A DNA stretch of 64,000 nucleotides, taken from assembly GCA_963797555.1 (NCBI GenBank), contig CAWCPV010000003.1, forward strand, positions 480,001-544,000, given 5' to 3'. Below, one piece after another: positions 54,013-64,000 of the stretch. The position numbers and the translations under genes are program-made. Numbering within the stretch: position 1 is the first letter of the stretch; every line of letters begins with the position of its first letter. This stretch comes from an uncultured Gammaproteobacteria bacterium. Its GTDB lineage: Bacteria; Pseudomonadota; Gammaproteobacteria; CAWCPV01. The notes beneath the pieces are model-generated. The model was given only the letters and a program-made list of their open reading frames with translations, was not told the DNA's origin and did no database searches.

Positions 54013-55893
54013 TTAGCCTTTGCGTCCTTTGCCGCCCTTTTTGCCACCCTCTTCGCCACCGCGCTTGCCGCTCCCCTTGTCCGTGCGCTTGCCGTCGTCA
54101 TCGTCGACCACCGGTAGGATCACGTTCGGGTCGGCCGGCAGCCGTTCGGGGGCGAGGATGCGGCCGACGATAGGCGGCTCCGCTGCCAGTCCGCCGGCGA
54201 CGGTCCCGCCGACATCGGGCCGTTCCTTCTTCGAGATGAAGCTGCGCATCTGCCGCACATCGGCCTCGATCTGGTCGCTGCGCTCGACGATGGTCTTGAT
54301 GACCTGGTTCCAGTCGCCTTCGCCGAAGCGCTCGCGCCAATCGCCTTCGTTCCATTTGCGCCGGTCTTCGAAGATCTGCTTGAAGCGCTCGACCTCGATC
54401 TTCGCGATCTCCTTGACCTCCTTGATCTCCCACTTCAGTTCTTTCCAGACCTTGGGACCGACGGTGACGGTCGGGCAATCGGCCGACGAGATGCCGTTTG
54501 CGATCACGCACAACATGTAGGCGCCCGAGGGCGTATTGGCCGGCACGGTGAACTGCGTCGTATGGATCACGGCGCCGGTGTTGACGCCCATGGTCGAATG
54601 GTTGCGCGTGCGGCAGTAGAAGACGTCGCCGGTGCTGGTGTTGGTCAGGCGCACCAGCGGGTAGTTCGTGCCCATCGCGCCTTCGTCGCCGTAGATCACC
54701 GCTTGCGACAAGCCGTTGAGCTGGCGCCCGTGCAGCGTGTAGGTGGCGCCCGGGTGCAGCGCGGTCGGCACCGAGGTGATGCTCGGACGCCAGACCGGAT
54801 CGGGCTCAAGGTCGGGCGTATAGATCGCGACCGTCGTCGAGTTGTTCGTATGCAGGACTTCGCCGTTGGGCAGCAGCATCAGCCGCGAGCTGAACGGGCT
54901 GCCGCCGCTGTTGATCGGGGCGGTGACCTCGGTCAGCGTGTTGGTCGGCGGGTCGTACTCGAACACATGCACGGGCGAGCCCCAGAACGCGGTCGAGCCC
55001 GAGCCCGCGCTCTGATCGCACGGCGCGACCAGGCACAACACCTTGCCATTGGGCAGCAACGCCGCCGGCGCGTCCTTCGCGCCCGTGACGCGGCCTGCCA
55101 CCAGCACCGGGAAGTCCGGCCCCGCAGCCCAGGTACCGGCCTGGTTCGCGATCGGCGGCGGCGTGTACAGCGCGGTGTCGTTCGTCGCGCCGATGCAGAA
55201 CACGCGCCCATCGGGCAACAGGATCGCCGCGCCGACTTCGTCGGATGCCGCATCGACTAGGGTGACCGGTGTGCTGCCCGCGCTGACCCAGGTGTTGGAC
55301 GCGGGCACATATTTCTCGACCTGCGGCCGGTTGTCGCATTCGATCGCGAGCACGGTCTGGTCCGGCAGCGCAACCCAGGTCTCCTCGGTACAGCGCGCAT
55401 CGTTCTTGGTGCCGGCCGCGGTCCAACTGTTGGTGGCCGGGTCGTAGATCGCGCTGCGCTGACCGTTGATGTCGCCGAGCAGCACGCGGCCATCGGCCAG
55501 AGTGGCGCACGGTGCGTCGCCGATATTGGTCCAGCCCGGCGGCGCGGCGATTGCGGTCCAACTGTTCGCGACCGGGTCGTAGATCGCCGCGGTCGCGACC
55601 TCGGCCTGCACGGTATTGCCGTCATATTCGCCGCCGGCAATGAAGACCCGCCCGTCGCGCAGCATCGTGCAGGCGAAGTACAACGGCGCCCAGGCGCTGT
55701 CGGCGACCCGATGCCAAGTGCCGTTGCGGTAACTGCCTTGCGCATCGGGCACCAGCCGCCACCAATGGCGGGTGGCGGTCACGCCGCCCGAGTTGGGTTC
55801 GTCGTGGCAAAGCACCGAACCATCGGTCAGCAGGAGCATCGTGCCGGCGCTGAATGTCGGTGCATTGGTCAGGGTGTTCCAGGTTCCGGCCAT
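54013..55893 (-). CDS. Kelch/galactose-oxidase-like beta-propeller protein with Lys/Glu-rich C-terminal tail
   Basis: Repeated L.DGRV...GG and YDP..NSW blades; GGAG RBS before MAGTW. Confidence 0.8.
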   Translation of the reverse strand: MAGTWNTLTNAPTFSAGTMLLLTDGSVLCHDEPNSGGVTATRHWWRLVPDAQGSYRNGTWHRVADSAWAPLYFACTMLRDGRVFIAGGEYDGNTVQAEVATAAIYDPVANSWTAIAAPPGWTNIGDAPCATLADGRVLLGDINGQRSAIYDPATNSWTAAGTKNDARCTEETWVALPDQTVLAIECDNRPQVEKYVPASNTWVSAGSTPVTLVDAASDEVGAAILLPDGRVFCIGATNDTALYTPPPIANQAGTWAAGPDFPVLVAGRVTGAKDAPAALLPNGKVLCLVAPCDQSAGSGSTAFWGSPVHVFEYDPPTNTLTEVTAPINSGGSPFSSRLMLLPNGEVLHTNNSTTVAIYTPDLEPDPVWRPSITSVPTALHPGATYTLHGRQLNGLSQAVIYGDEGAMGTNYPLVRLTNTSTGDVFYCRTRNHSTMGVNTGAVIHTTQFTVPANTPSGAYMLCVIANGISSADCPTVTVGPKVWKELKWEIKEVKEIAKIEVERFKQIFEDRRKWNEGDWRERFGEGDWNQVIKTIVERSDQIEADVRQMRSFISKKERPDVGGTVAGGLAAEPPIVGRILAPERLPADPNVILPVVDDDDGKRTDKGSGKRGGEEGGKKGGKGRKG

Positions 55894-56502
55894 GGTGATC
55901 TCCCGCATGAATTCGCAATGCCGCGGACTTAGTCCGCGGCGACCGATGCACTCCAAAGGATAAAGGAGTCGGGATAGAAATGCGACGCGCGCGCCGTCGT
56001 AGGGTACGGTGGCTAATCCATCGGTTTCCCGATGGGATTCAATCCGGCTCTCATAACAGCCACGTTTCCGCAAGCCTCCCTGCGATCCCGGACGGTCGGA
56101 TTTCCCGAGTCCGGTTCTGACTTTGATGCAACCCCTCGGTCGTCTTCCCGCAGAGAGTGAGGCTGAACGCCATCGTCCATGATGCCGGCCTTGAGAAAAC
56201 GCTGCACGATCCGTAACAGCTTGGGATCGGCTATGCGGTGCTCCAGAAATCTCACCAGGTGGGTGTGTGACACATGGTCGAAGAAGCCCTTGATGTCAGC
56301 CTCCACCACCCACTGAATCCCTTCGTTGGTGATGACTTCCGCCACCCGCGCGAGCGCATCGTGTGCACTGCGCCCAGGGCGAAAGCCAAACGAGCAGTCG
56401 CAAAACTCCGGCTCCCAGATGGCTTGCAGAATACGGCTCAGGCGGTCTTCGAAGCTCGGCACGCCGAGCGCGCGGTAGCGGCCATCCCTTTTGGGGATAT
56501 AA

Positions 56503-59371
56503 GCGATTCCGAAAAACCTCATACGCGCAAGCGGGCCGGATCAGAATGTCCCACTTGGGCAAAGATGGATTGCGTTCCAGCCGGGCATCCACCTCCTGCA
56601 TGGCCCCTTTGGAGAGGGAGACGGCTTTTTCGGGCTCTTTCCGGAATCGTGTGGGTAGCAATGCCTATGGCGTGGGGGCATCTGCCTGATCTCTGACACC
56701 AGAGGGTGTGTTGAACGGCGAGGCGGGCAGGTGGGCGAGATTGCCGGCGATGAGGTAGGCGATGGTGATGAGCGAGTGCGTGGTGCGGTAGCCCCGGGCG
56801 CGAGCCTTGGCGGCCTGGATGAGGGAGTTGATGCCCTCGGCGCGGCCGTTGGTGAGGCCCGAGTGGAACGCAGCGAGCACGCCGTCCCAGTGCTCTTTCA
56901 GGGTAGTGGCGAGGCGTTTCATGGGCTGCAGGCGGTGACGCCGTGCCCAGCTATACCAGCGCCCGAGGGCGCTCTCGGCCTGCTCGAGGGTGCTGGCCGT
57001 GGCGTAGATATCGCGCAGCGCCTCCTTGAGGCGCCAGGCACGGGCGGTCTGGAGGCGGCGCGGGAGAGCCAGTGGAAGTCGGTGAGTTGGTCCCAGGCCA
57101 GACGTGGGCGTCTTTGAGCCAGGTCCAACGGGTGCCTCTGAGGGCGGGCTCGGTCTTGATCTCCTGGCGGCGCACCGCATCGACCGCCTCGTTGGCGAGC
57201 TTGATCACATGGAAGGCATCGAAGCTCACCGTGGCCTGGGGCAGGTGCCTGGCCACCCCGGCGCGGTAGGCGCCGGACAGGTCGATGCACACCTGCTCGA
57301 TGGCCTGCGGGTCGCCGCCGTGCGCCTTGAGGTCGGCGGCGAAGGCCGCCACGGTGCTCTGGTCGCGGCCCTCGCAGGCGAACAGCAGGCGTTTTCCCGT
57401 GAGGTCATGGAACAGGCTGATGTAGTGCTGTTCACGCCGGGCAGCGGTCTCGTCCAGGCCCACAGCGCTCACCTGCGAGTGGTCCTCCTGAGCGCGGGCA
57501 CTGCCTACGTAGTGATCGAGCACCCCCCACAGGCGCTCATCGCCCACACCCAGGTGCCGAGCCACGGTCGCCACCGGCAGGGCCTGGCACAGCGTGACCA
57601 CCAGCGCCTCCATCAGCGCCGTGAAGCCACTGTGTGCGCGCGCCCACGGCGCTTCGACCTGGGTCGTCTTGCCGCAGGCCTCGCAGCGCACCCGCGGCAG
57701 ATGCGCGTGCAGGTACGCCCGTGACTTAAAGAAGCTCAGGTGCTGCCAACTGCGCTCCCGGGTGTCGTGCACCGGCTGGCCTTGCGCTCCGCAGGCCGGG
57801 CAGGCAAAGCGGCTGCCCTTGGCAAACGCCACATCGAGGTCGATGCGCCCAGCCTCGGGGTCGAACCGCACGTCGGTGACCTCCCAAGGCACTGTCAGGC
57901 CCAGTGCCGTGGTAAACAGATGCGTGGGCTGCACGGTGCTCCCCCCTTGGATGACGGCCTGTGGATTTGTGGACGAGCCCTGCGGAGCGGCCCGCGTCCC
58001 AAGGACCGTGTGGACAACCTCCCGGTTGCCCACACTCGTGGGCCTCTCGCCCACAACCCCACAAGCCCACAAGCCCAACCACAAGATGTTGTGATAAGCG
58101 ACCGGTCAGGGCAAATGCTACTTGACTACCGCGACCCACACAATTGCCGAAAGAGGCCTTTTTCGTAGAACCTATTCGCGACTCAATTCCACAATGGGAT
58201 GGATGCCCTTCCAGGTCATGCTCTTGGCCCACTCCAGCATGGTTTGGGCGTCCACCAGTTTGGCGCCGTTCCAGTGTTTTTCCAGTATCCCCCAACAACG
58301 CTCCACTGGATTGTATTTGCTGTGGTATGGCGGGTAGTACAGGAGCTGGATGGGCTTGCCGATGTGATCGGCGAACTCCACCATTCGGTTGAGAAATTGG
58401 GTGCGCCGACCATTGCTCTCTGGCCCATTGTCGGCCTTGATCTGGAGGAGCGAGAAGCCGTTGCGTTCTTCGGCTGATAGCTGATCCCACCACCCGTAGA
58501 TGCTATCCACGATGAAATCACTGCTTTTCGCGGAGCTGCCAAAAGCCAAGTACAGTTGTCCAGTGTCCTCATTCACCACGCCGAACGGGGTGTATTTCTC
58601 CTTGCACCCCATGTCGTGATCAGCAGCCTGATTGTCGCCGCGCGTCATACCGCCGCGGGAGTACTCGCCAATGTTCACCGTGGCTTTGCAGTCCATGCTC
58701 AATCGCAGGACCGCCTCTCCCTCGCAGGGCTGGCCCTTTTCCTTGAGGTTGGCGAAGATGGCATCGGTTTCCGGTACTTTTTTTGGGGTTTAGCCTTGAC
58801 CACCGGGCGCAGCCGGTAGCCATTTCGGTTGAGTGCTTCGGCCATGGTGCTCGGAGAGGGCAGCACCTCCTCCGCAAAGCCTTGGGCACGCAACTGCTTG
58901 AGGGCTTCCTTCGCGCTCAGTCGGGTAAAGGACAGCACGGTGCGGAAGGTCGGGTCCTGTTGGGAATGGGCTTGTGCCAAGACCCACAGGGCATTGGCCA
59001 CGTCCGGGGTGCTTCTCCTCCCAGCGCTTGTCGCCAGCGACGGCTGACTGCGCGCTCAGACAGACAACGCCCGTGCGCTTCTCGTGAAGTCCCAGCTCCA
59101 CCGCATCCCGGCTCCAGCCAAACAACACCTCCGCTTGGCGAGGGCCACCGGCGCAGTACTTCACCGCCATCTCCGCCTGGAACGCCCTTCGCTTCGCTCC
59201 CAACATCCTGGGCAGGCCGCAAGCTTGAGGTCATTCAGATGACCGGCCTCAGGAATGGATCGGTTTCCAGGGACGGTGGCGTGGCTCATCAGCGGTTAGC
59301 TTTCCTTTTCAGTTCAGAAAATGAGCTGTAAGTATCGCATGCAATGGTATAAAGTTTAATAGGAAATAGCC
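56503..59371 (-). mobile_element. ISAzo13-family insertion sequence inside the intron RT gene
   Basis: SMDCKATV, DNGPES, YYPPYHSKYNPVERCW; TAA(G) duplicated at 56500 and 59372; removal restores RT frame RRT-YIP. Confidence 0.85.
56633..58157 (-). mobile_element. ISL3-family insertion sequence, copy 2, inside the ISAzo13 transposase
   Basis: Near-identical to 12711-14201; 8-bp duplication CTTTTTCG at 56625-56632 and 58158-58165. Confidence 0.92.
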
Positions 59372-60339
59372 TAAGTGCGCCGCACCGGCTTGGGCCGGTA
59401 GCCCAACCGACGTATCCGCGCCGACAGCTCCGCCAGTCGCTCCTCCAACCCTTCGCCGTACTCCTCCTTTCTCATCCCATCGACTCCGGGCGCCTTCCTT
59501 CTCTCTTGACGCTCGAAGCTCTCGCGCAACCCTTCCGGGTCGTAGACCCTCCCCATCAGGGCGTTGAACCGTAGCCGCGGCTCCTCGCGCGCCTTGTGTG
59601 TGAAACGCTCAAGTGGTGTTGTCACGGACAGAGTCCTCTCAGCGTAGGGCCGTGTTTCTCTCTCGCGTTATCTCAAACCGCCACCCCTTCGCTCCGCCCG
59701 CATTACCAGGCTTCCACACTACTATGGGTGGCTCCGACTTCCGTACGCCTCCGTCCGTGTCCTCGCTTCTTACACTCGTTCACGGGTGCCCGCTCCCTGC
59801 GAACCAACATCCGGATCTCCTTGGTTACCGCTTACTCGCAATGTCAGGCTCGACGCGGCCTCGGACCCCGGGGAGCACCCCGCACCACTCGCCATCGCGC
59901 AGCGGGGGTTGTTGCCTGCCGGTTGGACAAGCCCGTCGGCGCTCTCCTGCTGAATCTTTCGGGGCTCTACACCTTCAAGGTCGGCTTCCCCCGTTACCCT
60001 TGCACCTCGCCTGCCTTCGCGCCTACGCATCAATCCGCCCGTTACCGGACAAACTGCAAGGCTCGATACTGGGCTCGTGGCTAGCGATTACCCAGGTGGG
60101 CTTCACACCCACTAAAGTACGCAGCATTGCCAAGCCGCTGCTGACCCCGATTATCGGCTAGGCCCTGCCCGTGGCGCGCTTCAGGAGGCGATAGGCCCTC
60201 CACAGGGGGTTCCTGCGGATCTCCGTAAGCTCCTGCTCCCGGGCGAAGGCGAGGGCTTCGGCGTACGCCAGGCCCCTTCGGCGGCGGAGTTCGTCATGGC
60301 AGCCTGGTAGTGTAAAGCCCGCACCGATCGTATGCCACT

Positions 60340-60798
60340 TCCCTGTGGGCGATGCTGCTGGCGAGAATCTACGAGGTGTTTCCGCTGCTCTGTCCGCACT
60401 GTGGGCGCCGATGCGGATCATCGCCTTCGTCACCGATACCGCCTGGGTCACCCGCATGCTCCAGCACCTCGGGGAACCGACCCAGCCGCCGCGCGAGGCC
60501 CGCCGGAGTGGGAGGAGCCGCCCGAGCAGAGTCCGGCCTTCGAATTCGACCAGACCCTGAGCTGGTAAAGCCGGCAACGGAGCGTGTCCCCAGCGCCAGG
60601 GTTCGCGCAGCTCGCCGGGAAGCCCCCACCGCAACCCCCGCCACCCTCCTTGGGCCGGCTCGGCCTGCGTTCGGAAGTCAAATGCGCCCCGCGGACCGGC
60701 CCCCTGGCCCCCCTGTGCCGAACCTCCCCCGAACCTTGACCGCTGCCCGCGCGACGACTACGCTTCCCGTACGCCAGATGCGGTTGAATTTCCTATCC
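60340..60798 (+). mobile_element. IS91/ISCR-like 3' remnant with oriIS-like end
   Basis: WAMLLARIYEVFPLLCPHCG, MRIIAFVT, FEFDQ; terminal GCGGTTGAATTTCCTATCC. Confidence 0.75.
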
Positions 60799-60897
60799 TT
60801 ATCCTTAATACAGGCGTACAACCTGGGCCTTCGCCCAGAGAACATCAGAACATCGCGCTTCCTGCGCCACAGGGGCTATAACCCCAAAGGAGGAGAC

Positions 60898-62280
60898 ATG
60901 AGAGCAACGCGCTCGCGGATTTACGGGAGGGCGGGTTTGGTTGCGGCGGTGGCGCTCTGTGCCGCGGCTCTGTACGGGGCGACGGTGGCGGATGAGACCT
61001 GCATGTCGCCGTACATGGCGAAGATCGTGGGGCAGGAAGACTTCGTATACGTGTGGACGCTCGGAATGGCGGGGGTGGGCGACGAGCAGGACAAGCTGGT
61101 GACGATCGACGTGAATCCGAAGTCGGCCACGTATGGCAAGGTGGTCAGCACACTCTCGGTGGGTGGGCGCAACGAGGCGCACCACTCGGGGTTGACCGAC
61201 GACCGCATGTATCTGTGGGCGGCCGGCCTCGATACGAACAAGATCTTCGTCTTCGACATCCACACGGACCCGGCGAAGCCGAAGCTGCACAAGACGATCA
61301 CCGACTTCGTTGCGAAAAGCGGGGGCGTGGTGGGGCCGCACACGCACTATGCGCTGCCGGGGCGGATGATGATCACCGGGCTGTCGAACAACAAGGACCA
61401 CGGGGGGCGGACCGGGATGGTCGAATACACCAACGACGGCAAGTACATCACGACGCACTGGATGCCCACGGACGATCGGCTCGAGGGTGCGAAAAAGACG
61501 GGTAAGTATGCCGACGGCTACGGCTACGACGTGCGCGCCTTCCCGCGGCTCAACGTGCTCGTCACCTCGTCGTTCACGGGGTGGAACAACTACATGATGA
61601 ACCTCGGCAAGATGATGGCCGATGCGGAGGCGATGAAACGTTTCGGCAACACGGTGGTGGTGTGGAACCTGCACACGCGCAAGCCGAAGAAGATCTTCGA
61701 CGTCCCGGGCGCCCCGCTGGAGATCCGCTGTGCCTGGGGAGCGCGACATGACTACTGCTTCACCGCCACGGCGCTGACCTCGAAGATCTGGCTGATCTAT
61801 GCCGACGGACAAGGGGACTGGCAGGCCGAGGCGGTGGCCGACATCGGGGATGCCAGCAAGATTCCGTTGCCGGTCGACATCTCGATTTCCGCCGAAGACA
61901 CCCAGCTCTGGGTGGACACCTGGAACGACGGGAAGACGCGGCTGTTCGACATCACCGATCCGCATCATCCGAAGCAGGTTTCGGAGGAGAAGATCGGCGA
62001 TCAGATCAACATGGTGTCGCAGAGCTGGGACGGGAAGCGGGTGTACTTCACGTCGTCGCTGCTGGCGAACTGGGACAAGACCAAGGGGAAGGCGGGGGAC
62101 CTGCAGTACTTCAAGGCCTACAACTGGGACGGCCAGAAGCTGACGCCGGCCTTCGCGATCGACTTCGAGAAGGAGAAGCTCGGTGCGCCGCATCAGATGC
62201 GCTTCGGAGCCCGCGCGTTGTACGGCAGCAGCAGCGCTCGGCGCGATGAGGCCGTGCGAGTCGCCGAGGCGGCACAGTAG
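60898..62280 (+). CDS. mtoX: Selenium-binding protein family, methanethiol oxidase-like
   Basis: Signal peptide, DETCMSPY, EAHHSG, VGPHT, GAPLEIR, TSSLLANWD, PHQMRFG; strong AGGAGG RBS. Confidence 0.8.
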   Translation: MRATRSRIYGRAGLVAAVALCAAALYGATVADETCMSPYMAKIVGQEDFVYVWTLGMAGVGDEQDKLVTIDVNPKSATYGKVVSTLSVGGRNEAHHSGLTDDRMYLWAAGLDTNKIFVFDIHTDPAKPKLHKTITDFVAKSGGVVGPHTHYALPGRMMITGLSNNKDHGGRTGMVEYTNDGKYITTHWMPTDDRLEGAKKTGKYADGYGYDVRAFPRLNVLVTSSFTGWNNYMMNLGKMMADAEAMKRFGNTVVVWNLHTRKPKKIFDVPGAPLEIRCAWGARHDYCFTATALTSKIWLIYADGQGDWQAEAVADIGDASKIPLPVDISISAEDTQLWVDTWNDGKTRLFDITDPHHPKQVSEEKIGDQINMVSQSWDGKRVYFTSSLLANWDKTKGKAGDLQYFKAYNWDGQKLTPAFAIDFEKEKLGAPHQMRFGARALYGSSSARRDEAVRVAEAAQ

Positions 62281-62330
62281 GGGTAACTCGAGGGGCGGTG
62301 GCGCGGTCGCCACGCCGCGGAGTGACGGCG

Positions 62331-64000
62331 ATGGGTAGCGCGCTGCTACTCCTCGTCGTGGTGTTGGCCGCGGCCGCGGGCCTGGCGCACGGCGCCGAGC
62401 CCACGGCGGCGCCCCAAGTGCTGGCGCCCGGGTGGACGGCGCTCGGCTATGCGGCGCCGGCGCCGGGCACATACGAGCTGCCGCCGCTCGGGGAGGCGGC
62501 GGACGGTGAGGTGCTCGACGCCACCGGCCGCCCCCGCCACCTTTATGACTTTTTCGGCGACAAGGTGGTCGTGCTGAGCTTCGTCTACCAGTCGTGTTCG
62601 GACGTCAACGGATGTCCGCTTGCGAACTTCGTTCTGAAGGGCATCGAGCGGCGGGTCTTGGAGGACCCGGCTCTGCGCGACGAGGTGCGGCTGGTGTCGA
62701 TGAGCTTCGATCCGGGGCACGACACTCCGGCCGCGATGCGCCACTACGGCTCCGTGCTCGCTCCCGCGGGAGCAGACTGGGCCTTCCTCACCACCCGATC
62801 GGAGCAGGCGCTCGCCCCGATCCTGGAGGCCTACGGCCAGTCGGTGCGCAGGGAGTATGACGAGAAGGGTAAGCCGCTCGGCACGATCTCCCACATTCTG
62901 CGCGTCTACCTGATCGACAAGCAGAAACGCATCCGCAACATCTACTCCAGCTCGTTTCTGCATGCGGACACGGTGACGAGCGACATCCAGACGGTGCTGC
63001 GTGAGGGCCGCCGCGACGCGGGCCGACCCGCGGACGAGCTGGCGGGCGGGGCTGGCGAAGGAGCTCCCTCCGCCGGGGACGACAAGCGCGGCTACGAGCG
63101 CGAGGACTACGAGACGCGCTCCCACAGCCTCGCCACCCAGGCCGGTACGCCGACCGACCTCATGCGCTTCCAGATCCGTCCCCCCTCGGCTTGCCGAAGG
63201 TGGCGGTGCCGGCGGACAATCCGCTCACCGTCGAGAAGGTGGCGCTCGGGCGCAAGCTCTTCTTCGACCGCCGGCTGTCACGGAACAACACCATCTCGTG
63301 CGCCATGTGCCACATCCCCGAGCAGGGGTTCACGAGCAACGAGATCGCCACCGCGGTGGGGATCGAGGGGCAGACCGTGCGGCGCAATGCGCCGACGATC
63401 TACAACGCGGCCTACTCGAAGCTGCTGTTTCGACGACGGGCGCGAGACGCGGCTGGAGCAGCAGATCTGGGGGCCGATTGCTGGCGCGCAACGAGATGGG
63501 CGATCCGGCGGTGGGCTATGTGCTGGACAAGATCCGTGCGCTGGCGGACTACGGCGGGCGTTTCGAGGCCGCGTTCGGCGGGCGCGGGCCGACGATGGAG
63601 ACGCTGGGGATGGCGCTGGCGAGCTATGAGCGCACGCTGCTGTCGGCGGACAGCCCGTTTGACCGCTGGCACTTCGGGAAGGAGCGGGGAGCCGTGTCCG
63701 AGTCGGCCGCGCGCGGGTTTCAACTCTTCACGGGCAAGGCCGGGTGTGCGCATTGCCACACCATCGCCGAGGACTACGCGCTGTTCACGGACCAAGGGCT
63801 GCACAACACCGGCGTGGGTTACCGTCAGACGATGGCGAGCACTCCGCGCCAGCGCCGGGTGCAGCTCGCGCCGGGGACCTTCGTCACCATGGACACGGCC
63901 GTCGTCGCCGACGCCTCCGAGCCGGCGCCGAGCGACCTCGGACGCTACGAGATCTCCGGAGACCCTAACGACCGCTGGAAGTACAAGACGCCGGGGCTGC
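62331..64000 (+). CDS. SCO1/SenC plus MauG-type diheme cytochrome c peroxidase fusion (frameshifted, runs off window)
   Basis: SCO-like CSDVNGCP and ISH; then P.DNPLT..KVALGRKLFFD, CAMCH, RNAPT, CAHCH, KYKTPGL in shifting frames. Confidence 0.8.

Larger units (their letters stand above)
55968..60140 (-). mobile_element. Group II intron, inactivated by IS insertion and RT deletion
   Basis: Domain V-like AGAACCGGACTCGGGAAATCCGACCGTCCGGGATCG, 3' end TATCCCGAC; RT fragments APGVDG, YIPK..G..R.LGVP, SFGFRPGRS, EADIKGFFD; no YADD. Confidence 0.88.

Noticed and set aside
55920-55940. Hairpin GCCGCGGAC-TTA-GTCCGCGGC upstream of the beta-propeller gene
   Set aside because: Single short palindrome without a U-tract or second copy; function unsupported
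34834-59625. Diversity-generating retroelement (Avd-like gene plus RT)
   Set aside because: The RT is a broken group II intron ORF more than 20 kb away, and I saw no TR/VR pair with adenine-specific mismatches
60352-60897. Apparent N-terminal extension fusing IS91 sequence to the selenium-binding protein (642-aa ORF)
   Set aside because: Chance open frame; strong RBS and signal peptide place the start at 60898

Overview
High-GC bacterial chromosome segment, probably from a sulfur-oxidising gammaproteobacterium (inferred from gene content). (1) 1-3.3 kb: 3' end of a type-3-like BREX locus (helicase tail, pglZ, brxA-like) plus a broken DUF433 toxin-antitoxin pair. (2) 3.4-32.6 kb: housekeeping backbone with nudF, htpG, fabI, ppiD, tRNA-Asp/Val, hupB, lon, clpX, clpP, tig, tRNA-Leu, OsmC/ArsR/DAHP synthase/DUF2892/DsrE genes and mfd, plus one ISL3 copy and small MITE-like repeats. 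(3) 32.7-51.1 kb: a second, minus-strand BREX locus (brxE-brxA-brxB-brxC-pglX-pglZ-brxL) ending at a tRNA 3' fragment. It contains many 7-bp tandem arrays arranged as inverted pairs. These bracket four-helix-bundle (23S-IVS/Avd-like) genes and toxin-antitoxin cassettes, and also sit in frame inside pglX; this is the most unusual feature of the window. (4) 51.1-60.8 kb: IS debris, a beta-propeller/ATP-grasp three-gene cluster, and a group II intron > ISAzo13 > ISL3 nest. (5) 60.9-64 kb: methanethiol-oxidase-like gene plus SCO-MauG fusion. Many single-base frameshifts, even in lon and mfd, suggest assembly indel errors, so pseudogene calls are cautious. All calls were made by eye; no searches were run.
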